Origin: Cyanophora paradoxa CCMP329
Taxonomy: Eukaryota > Plantae > Glaucophyta
Assembly (NCBI GenBank): GCA_004431415.1
Contig: QPMI01000186.1
Location: 120,736 to 184,735 of the forward strand
Length of the DNA stretch: 64,000 nucleotides
Direction: 5' to 3'
The notes under the pieces are model-generated. The model made no database searches, was not told the origin of the DNA, and saw nothing but the letters and a program-made list of their open reading frames with translations. The position numbers and the translations under genes are program-made. Of this stretch, positions 56,703-64,000 are shown piece after piece. Each line of letters begins with the position of its first letter. The first letter of the stretch is position 1.

Positions 56703-57400
56703 TGCGGAGTCAACTGCTGCGCCTGCATTTGCACTGGCATGGTCATTGGCAGCGGGGGCGCCTCCATTGCCATCTGCCCGCCTGCGGGGAGTCCCATCAT
56801 CACGCCTCCGCCCCGAGCCGTCGAGCCAGCTCCCATCATCATCTGCGTCGACTGCATGAAGGCTCCTTGCATCATGCTCTGCCCCGGACCGCGTAAGAGG
56901 TGCGGGCGGGCCGTGCGACAGGGAGCCGCGGACCCTCATTTGCGCCTGGTTGAACTGTTGCATGCCGCCCATCATGCCGCCCACGTTGCCAGCGTACGCG
57001 GGGGCCTTTGGCGAGTTACGCATGCCCGGCACAGCGCCTGCAGCGGCGCGGTGGGCCGTGAGCGGCGAGGCGATGAAGTGAAGGGCGCGGGTCGCGGTCG
57101 CGGGATGGGGAGACAATCTTCTTGTTTACCTTGCATCATCATTGCAGACCCGAGGTCGTCTGCGCTCATGCGTGGTTGCCCCGGGGCTTGCATGCCTGCG
57201 GCTTGCATCACCGGCATCACCGCATCCGGAGCGAGGCCCTGCTTCAGCGAAATCAATCAGGCTTTCCAGGCTAACAAAGCAGAGCGGAAGGCGTTCGCGC
57301 AGACCTCGCCCGGCCTCGCTCCGGCGAACGCGTATTGCCGCTGCAGCGCCCTGTAATATTCGGCCTGCCTCGCGGCTTGGGAGGCCTGGAGCTCGTCCAT
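49634..57400 (-). CDS. SNF2: SWI2/SNF2 (BRM/SMARCA2-4-like) chromatin-remodelling ATPase: polyQ, HSA, ATPase/helicase, SnAC-like region, AT-hooks, degenerate bromodomain, RGG tail
   Basis: [18 protein letters not shown]; [36 protein letters not shown]; [10 protein letters not shown]; LLTGTPLQN; [44 protein letters not shown]. Confidence 0.95.
49660..49785 (-). repeat. 24-nt coding repeat giving a QGRGGGH(I/M/L) RGG-type tail on SNF2
   Basis: Four gccgcggccctg.. units; spliced frame [41 protein letters not shown]. Confidence 0.75.
56590..56706 (-). repeat. CAG/CAA polyglutamine tract in SNF2
   Basis: (tgc/tgt)n on the + strand; [16 protein letters not shown]. Confidence 0.95.
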
Positions 57401-57531
57401 ATTGCCACCCGCGGCCCAGCCACGCGGCGCGTTGTTAAATCCTGTACTCCCGCCTTCGCCCCCCCCTCTTCCCCCCCCTCCCGCACCACTCGGCTTGAAG
57501 CTCGCAGCAGCTCGTAGCGCGCAGCAAACCA

Positions 57532-58437
57532 ATGCGGCCGCTTGCCGGTGATAGTGGCGGCGAGCTCGAGTTCCCCGCGCCGCCGGGCTTTACGATCGTG
57601 CGCCTCGCTTCTGAGCACTGCGAGGCAGCCTCCTGGATGGCCGCGCGCGCGTTCGCCGGTGCGAACGCATGCGCGCACCCGCAGACGCTCCGCTGCGGGA
57701 TCACGAGCGCGCTGTTGATCAGACGCGATTCACTCCGGGCGCGGCGGCTGGCCGATGCTGGACATCGAGCGCTCCGGCCGAATACAACCGCGTGATATCA
57801 AGGTCATCTACGACGGCTGGAGCTCACCGGTCGCACGTCGGTCTGTTGCGACGGGCACGTCCCTCATCGCCCTGGACTCGAGCGGCGTCGTCGTCGGCTG
57901 CGCGCTGTGCGAGGACTTCTTCGATCTGGGTGATAAGGTGGCGCCCGGCGTGCGGGAAGAGCCGGCGGACCCCGGGTGCGCCCACTCCCGGCCGATCCGT
58001 CGCCGTCGCCGTTTCGGAGTGGGCCAGCTAAGCGTCCTCGCGGCGGCAGGGAGCACCTGGGGGACTTCTACAGCATCGAGCTGATGCGGGAGCTGGACGC
58101 GACGTACGCCGCCAGCGTCGGGGCGGACCTGCGGCGCGGCCACAGCTTCCACGTACGCACGCGCGCCCCGCGCTCGCGTCCCACGCGAGTCCCAACTCGA
58201 GCTCGCGCGCGGCCCCCCCGCTTCGCTGTGCCCCCTGCAGATCGCGGAGCTGGCGGTGGCGGAGGAGGCGGGGGGCCGGGGCCTGGGGACGGCCCTCGTG
58301 GCGGCGGCGGCGCGCCTGGGGCGCCGCCTCGGCTTCCGGGTCGCCATGGGCGAGGCCACCAACGCCCTCTCCTGCTCCGCCTTCGTCAGGGCCGGCTTCC
58401 AGGTGCCCCCCTCCACGCTGCCCACCCGCCGGCCCCC

Positions 58438-58472
<35 letters not shown>

Positions 58473-58666
58473 CTCCCCTCGCTCCGGATCCGCCCGCCGC
58501 CGATGTCCGGGCGCCGGCGGGGCTCCAGGTGAAGGCCTCGACGGAGTACGTGAGGTGGAGGCACGGGCGGGAGGGGGCGCGGCCCTACTCCCTCGCCCCG
58601 CCCGGCATGGCCTGCTCCCTCGTCGTCATGCCCCTGGAGGAGCAGCCGGCGTCGACCTGCAGCTGA
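57532..58666 (+). CDS. GNAT-family N-acetyltransferase
   Basis: SLIALD..VVGCALCEDF, motif A LAVAEEAGGRGLGTAL, EATNALS..F..GF. Confidence 0.8.
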
Positions 58667-58679
58667 CTTCTCGAGCTTC

Positions 58680-59450
58680 GATTCGGTCTACTTCTATATC
58701 TGTCTCGAACAGTTTGAAAATGTTGTACAGCTTTCATGTCCAGCCTCGCAGCAGTTGCCATATGCATGGAGAGTCAGTCATTCATTCATGATTTGCTGTT
58801 GTGCGATGCGCGAGCTCAGATCGATATCTAGTTCTAGATTTAGGTAGCTGTAGCTATAGATTGCAATTGCCCGGTCAATGCGGCTGTATGTTGTCTTCTT
58901 TTTGAACGCTTTCGTTAACAAAAACCGTCGGCACGACCTCGGACATTCCGACGCTCATGATCAGCGGCTTCTTCCAAACCGTCAGGCTTCGGATTCCCAC
59001 GCGCGGGGGTCTCCCCGAGATCTAGAGACTCCTACTGGGCTAGCGTCATGACCATCATGGCATCGGACCAAAATTAATCTTTGAATTCGCTCCTTCAAGA
59101 TTGATGTCCGGAACTCGGAAGCCTCCCGAAATCAAAGTTCGAGGCTCAGCTGCAGCGGCTTAATGCCACGATGAATGAACTCGAAACTGCCAGATCAAAA
59201 TCGACAGGCTAGGCTACAGTTCCTGAGGCCGAGGGCTCATGATCACAACTTCAGCAATTGGCCGAAACTCTGAGACAGCTGGCAGGCTCCAAGGGCTTCC
59301 AAGTTTTTTTTGAAAAATCACAGGAATGCACATTGAGTCTGAAAAAATACGTTCACAGAATACTGACGTTCACGACATGAGAGTCGACTGCTGAATAGAT
59401 ACTCTCCTTTCAACCAATAAGCTGGAAATACGCGATACTCGAATACGCGA
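58680..59450. other. AT-richer intergenic tract with palindromic micro-scars
   Basis: catatgcat about 58759, atcgatatc about 58820, ttgcaattg 58861, agatctaga about 59019, catcatggcat 59053. Confidence 0.7.
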
Positions 59451-59486
59451 CCCGGAGGCCGCCTCGCCGCCCGCGCGGGGCCCGAG

Positions 59487-62400
59487 CTACGCGGGAGGCC
59501 GCCCGGCGAGGCGGGTCAGCGAGGACATGCCGCTCCCCTGCGGCTGCGCCTGCGGCTGGGGCGGCTGCTGCGCCCCGAGGCCGAGGAGGCTCGCGGAGGG
59601 GAGGAGGGGCCGGCTCGGGGTGCGCGGCACGGGGGGCGCGGCCTCGGGGGGTACGACAAGGAACTCGACGGGGTTCTGGGGCAGCTCGATCCCCTCCACG
59701 AACGTCACGGCCCCGTACCTGGCCCCCGCCCCCGCCCCCGTGAGGGGGGCCACGTGGGGGTACAGCATTTGCGGGCCGGCGCGGGCGCGCACGAGCCGAG
59801 GGCCCTGGGGAGGAAGGAGACGAGGTAGCCGGCGTCGCCGAAGGGCTCGACGCGGGCCGAGGGCGCGGGGTCGGCGGGGGCCGGCGGCCGGGGCACGACC
59901 GTCACCGAGATCCTGCCCCCGCCCCCTCAGGCCCCGCCCCGCCCCGCGGAAGTGCGGGGCACGCGCTTCCTGAGGTCGTCGGTGGCGGGGCCGGTGCGCA
60001 GGCGCGGGTTCCCGTGCGCGTCCCGCGCCATCACCAGGTACCTGCCGGGGTGGCCTCAGCGCAAGCCCCGCCGGGGGTTGCGGGGCGGGCCGCCCGCACT
60101 GGCACTCCCGCCCCAGGGCGACGGGGCCCCCCACGGACGAGGGCGGAGCGGGCGGGGTGCCGCCCGGGGCCGGCGGGGGCGGAGTGGAGGAGCGGGGCGG
60201 GGCGTCGAGGCGCGGGTGGGGGTGCCCGTCGGGCTCCCCGCCCGCGTGCCGCCCGCCGCGGGGTGGCGGAGGCGGAGGCGGCGCCGACGGCGGCGGAGGA
60301 GGAGGAGGAGAGCGCGGAGGAGGCGACGGAGCGGAAGGAGCGGCTCAGCGCCGCCAGCGCCGGCGGCAGCTGCGGGGCGCCCCGCTCAGAGGGCCGCCGG
60401 GGCGGGGCGGGGCGGGGCGGGGCGCGGGGGGCGGGCCTGGTAGATGGAGGAGTGGACGGGGGCTCGAGGGTGCAGGCGAGCGGGGCGAGGGGCCCCGGGC
60501 GGAAGGTGCACGCCACGGGGCTCCCCTGCACCTCTTGCCCTGCGCAAGCGTCGCCGGCCGGCCGCGCGAAGAGCGGAGCGCAGCAGAGCGGAGCGCGGCG
60601 CACCGATGGCGGAGACGGAGAGGCGGTACGTCCCCGCGACCGTCGCCTGCGCCGCCCCGCCCCGCCCCGCGTCAGCCCCGCGTCAGCCGCTGCCCGGCCG
60701 GGCGCTCGCGTGGGGGCGCACGGAGAGGGTGACGGTGTAGCTCCCCGGCCCGCTCTCCACCAGCGCCACCGTCGCCGGCCCGGGACCTGCGCGAGCGAGG
60801 GCGCAGCGGGTGAGGAGGGGGGGCGGGCGGGCGGGGGCGGGGGCGGACCGAGGGCGGTGGCGCGGAAGGCCTCCTCGTCGGCGGCGGCGGCGCGCGCGTT
60901 GCCGAAGCGGTCCCGCGCGAGGAGCGCGAAGGAGAGGGCCGCCGGCAAGGCCGCCTCGGTCGCCCCCGCCGGCTCGAGCAGGCAGGCGGCCGGCGCCAGC
61001 GGGCCCGCCGCGACCGCGAAGTAGAACTCCTGCCGCCGCTTCAGGGGACGCCGCGGGGGGCGGGGGCGGGGCCGGGGCCGGGAGCACCGAGTTGGGGATG
61101 GCGCGCCCGTCCCAGTCGATGCGCGCGTCGTACTCCCCCGCCGCCTCCGCCTGCCCCGCCCCGCGCGGCTCAGGCGGGGCGGCCACGGGCCCCGGGGCGG
61201 GGACGGGGCGGACGCGGAGGGTGACGGTGGCGGAGGAGCGCTGGGCGACGACGGCGAACTGGGCCTCGGAGGGCCCGAAGGTGCGCGGCTGCAGCAGGCC
61301 CTCCCGGAAGCCCGCCACCGCGTTCCCGAACCGGTCCCGCACTGCGATGAGAGTCGGGGGAGGGGAGGGTGGGGGCGAGGGCGGGGCGCGCCCTCGACGG
61401 AGAGGGTCTCCTCGTGGCCGGCGGGGATGGGCGCGTCGGCCCGCGCGAGGCGCCCCAGGTCCACCACGAACTTGTGCGGCTCCGGCTTGTCTGCCCCCCC
61501 CCGTCCGTCAGGCCGAGGGGCGGGGGCGGGGAGGGAGGGGGCGCGCGCACCCGGGAGGACGGCGAGGGCGAGGCGGGGCAGCTCGCGCCCCGCCACGCGG
61601 GCCCGCACCTCGTAGGCCCCCGCCGCCGTCGGCGCGCACGCCGCCACGTACACGCCCCCGCTCCGCCCCTTCGCCGCCAGCGCCTTGTGCTGGAACGCCT
61701 GCGCGGGCGGGGCGGGGCCCCCATCGGCGCGGCGCCCTGCGAGGCGGGAGGGGCGGGCGAGGGGCCGCACGGGGCTGTTGGCGGGGCCCGAGAGCTCCAC
61801 CTGGATCGCGTGCGTGTCCACTGCGCCCAGTGAGGGGCGCCGCGGCGCGGGGGCGGGCGGAGGGGCGGGCGGGGGGGCGCGCCGGCGTGGGGCCGGGCGT
61901 TGCCGAAGCGGTCCCGCACGTGCACGAGCAGGCGCGCCTCGGTCCCCGCCACGACGGCCACCGGCGAGCCCTGCGGCGCGCCTCAGCGAGGGCGCGGACG
62001 AAGGAGCGCCGGAGAGGGGCGGGGCCTTGGGGACGGGGTCGCCGAGGGCCGTCTCGGCGGAGAGCTCGCACGCCGTCGCCTCCGGCGCCCCTGCCCCCCC
62101 GTCAGACCCGCGCGCGGCCGGGGGGCAGACGGGCCGCGGGGGCGCACCGGGCCCAACGGCGAAGGGGACGGGCTCCTCGCTGAGGGGCGTCCCCGCCACG
62201 AAGAAGGTCGCCTCGTAGCGCCCCGCCAGCTGCCGCCCCGTGAGCCCGGGGCCGGGGGCGCGGGGGAGAGGGCGGCGGGGACCTCGGGGCGGACGGAGAG
62301 GACGTACTTGCCGCCCTCGCGCGCCTCCACCTCGCACGCCACCTGCCCCGCCCGGGCTCGAGCGGGGCGCGCGGGGCGGGGCGGGAGGGGCGGGCGGGGG

Positions 62401-64000
62401 CGCGCGCCTGGCTCTCGGCCGGGGAGGGGAGGAGCGCGGAGGGGCGGGCGAGGCGGGCGGGGGCGTGCGGGGAGGCCGTCGGGTCCGTGGGGAGCGGGCC
62501 CGACACGTAAGCGCGGATCGCCGCCAGGTCGACGCCTGCCGCGCGGGCGCGGGCGAGTGAGGAGGGAAGCGCGATGGAAGCGCGATGCGGCAGCAGAGGG
62601 GCCACCGGTGGGGCGGGGGTTGTGGCCGGCGTCGCGGGCGATGAGGGAGTAGCGGAAGGGGGAGCCGGCGACGGCCTCGCGGGCCTCGGGGAAGAGGAGG
62701 AGGCAGGCCGCCGGCTCGAGGCGGCCCGGGAGGACCTGCACGACGAAGGGGGAGCCCTCCACGGGGTGCGCCACCCCGTCCGCCTCCCGCTGCCTGCAGG
62801 GCCGCTCTCGCCGCGGCCGAGGCGGGGGCGGGGCGGGCGGCGGGGCCGGGGGCGCACTGCTTGCGGGCGTCGCGACGGGCGCCGCGCTCGATCTCGCGGG
62901 CGGCGGCGGCGGCGGCGGCGGCGCGGGCGGCCGCCGGGGAGAGGCTCACGGCCCCCGCCAGCAGCGCCAGACCCTGCGCCTGCGCCGCCGGGGGAAAGAA
63001 AGGAAGACGGCATGGTCAGCCGCCGTGGAGCACGTGCTCGGGATCGAGAGAAGGGGCGAGAGGCGGGGCGGGGGGGAGGGGGGGGGGGTGGCGGCGGCCG
63101 GGCACCGTGGCGGACATGTTGTGGTCGAGGCTCTGCGTGCGGCCCGGGTCGAGCTCCGCGTCCTCCTCAGACACCACCGCCGACGGGTCCTGCCGCCCCG
63201 CGAGCAACCGCGTCGGCGGGCGGGGCCGGGGCGGGGCCGGAGGGGGCCGTGGGGGCGGACGAGGAGGGTGAGGAAGAGGACGTGGGCCCCCGCGCGCTGC
63301 GGGGTGAAGAGGACGGCGAAGACGCCCTCCTCGCCGCCGCGGGGCTCGATGGAGCAGTTGCAGAAGAGCGGGCGCTCCTCGGTCGGCGCGTAGTCCTCCG
63401 GGCCGGCCTGCAACTCGGGCACCGCCACCGCCACCCGCCCCTGCGCCACCGCCGGCTGCTCCTCCGCCCGCCCCAGCGCCGCCGCCCGCCGCAGCCGCCG
63501 CGCGTGCGCCGCCTGCACCGGCGCGGGGGCGGCGTCAGGAGGGAGGAGAGGGCAGGGCCGAGCGGGACCCGGAAGCAAGGAGGGCGCACGTCGAGGGCGT
63601 AGAGTGCGGCGGCGGCCTCGACGCTCTGCACCGCGCACGTGTTGCCGAACTTGTCGCGCGGGTAGAGGAGCAGCGTGACGGGCTCGCCGGCGGCGGCCGG
63701 GGGGGCGCCGGGGAGGGCCTCGACGCGGGTGCACTCGGGGGCGGCGCGGCCGGGGAGGACGACGTAGGAGAGCTCCAGGTTGGGGACGCGGCGGCCGGCG
63801 ATGGAGACGGCCGCCGAGGCGGGGCCCGCCCGCGTCGCGAAGAGAGTCACCTGCCGCCGCCCGCGTCAGGCGGGGCCGGGCGGGGCCCCGGCGGGGCCGG
63901 CGGGGCGGGGCGCGCCTCGTAGTGCCCCGGGAGGCCATGCGGACGCGGGTCTTGGCCTTCTCCTCGGTGACGACCTGCGGCGGGGGCGCCTGAGCGGGGC
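59487..64000 (-). CDS. Filamin/ABP280-type Ig repeat protein, 5' part outside window
   Basis: Repeated (V/A/P)RD(R/K)FGN, G.Y.V, and (H)PVEGSPF.V.V.PG motifs. Confidence 0.8.

Noticed and set aside
58437-58470. Long C homopolymers (also about 42190 and 46690)
   Set aside because: These are extremes of the general C-rich intron composition, and their lengths are unreliable.
48841-63602. Very long Arg/Pro/Gly-rich ORFs (e.g. 48841-51546 +, 60031-62949 -) as novel or overlapping genes
   Set aside because: These are stop-poor artefacts of extreme GC content: antisense shadows or read-through of introns in real genes.
121-63990. Introner-type mobile introns
   Set aside because: Introns share composition and short motifs but I could see no alignable family sequence, TIRs or TSDs.

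Overview
Gene-dense, very GC-rich nuclear DNA of an intron-rich, flagellated, plastid-bearing eukaryote. Inference: a glaucophyte such as Cyanophora, because three proteins begin with Phe-containing muroplast-type transit peptides (MPSFV, MAPGFV, MPPAF). I reconstructed about 23 protein-coding genes by hand across short introns (about 55-90 nt), and 18 of them sit in head-to-head pairs. Recognisable genes: MOSC protein, RPN9, DNAI3/IC140, a 2H phosphoesterase, an inositol dehydrogenase, two zinc-ribbon repeat proteins, an intronless TrpF, an HMG-box-like protein, IMPase, INO1, a Tudor-like protein, a DUSP, a 4-TM protein, GH27, an alpha/beta hydrolase, a PSI membrane protein, a bacterial-type CBS, a SNF2/BRM remodeler, a GNAT and a filamin-repeat protein. 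Main observations: (1) The AT-richer intergenic DNA is saturated with two rule-governed micro-scars, X-rc(X)-X and X-C-rc(X)-G-X, where X is any trimer. These match hairpin-type excision footprints of a transposon with a 3-bp TSD and C...G ends, and they can be seen as insertions by comparing copies of a local tandem repeat. (2) About 29% of hand-checked introns use GC donors, concentrated in the 3' parts of genes. (3) An inositol gene cluster: IMPase and INO1 have start codons 107 bp apart, with an inositol dehydrogenase nearby. (4) A plastid-targeted, stand-alone PcrA/UvrD-type Tudor domain protein. Gene boundaries are manual, so some starts are uncertain, and several single-base frameshifts look like sequencing errors.
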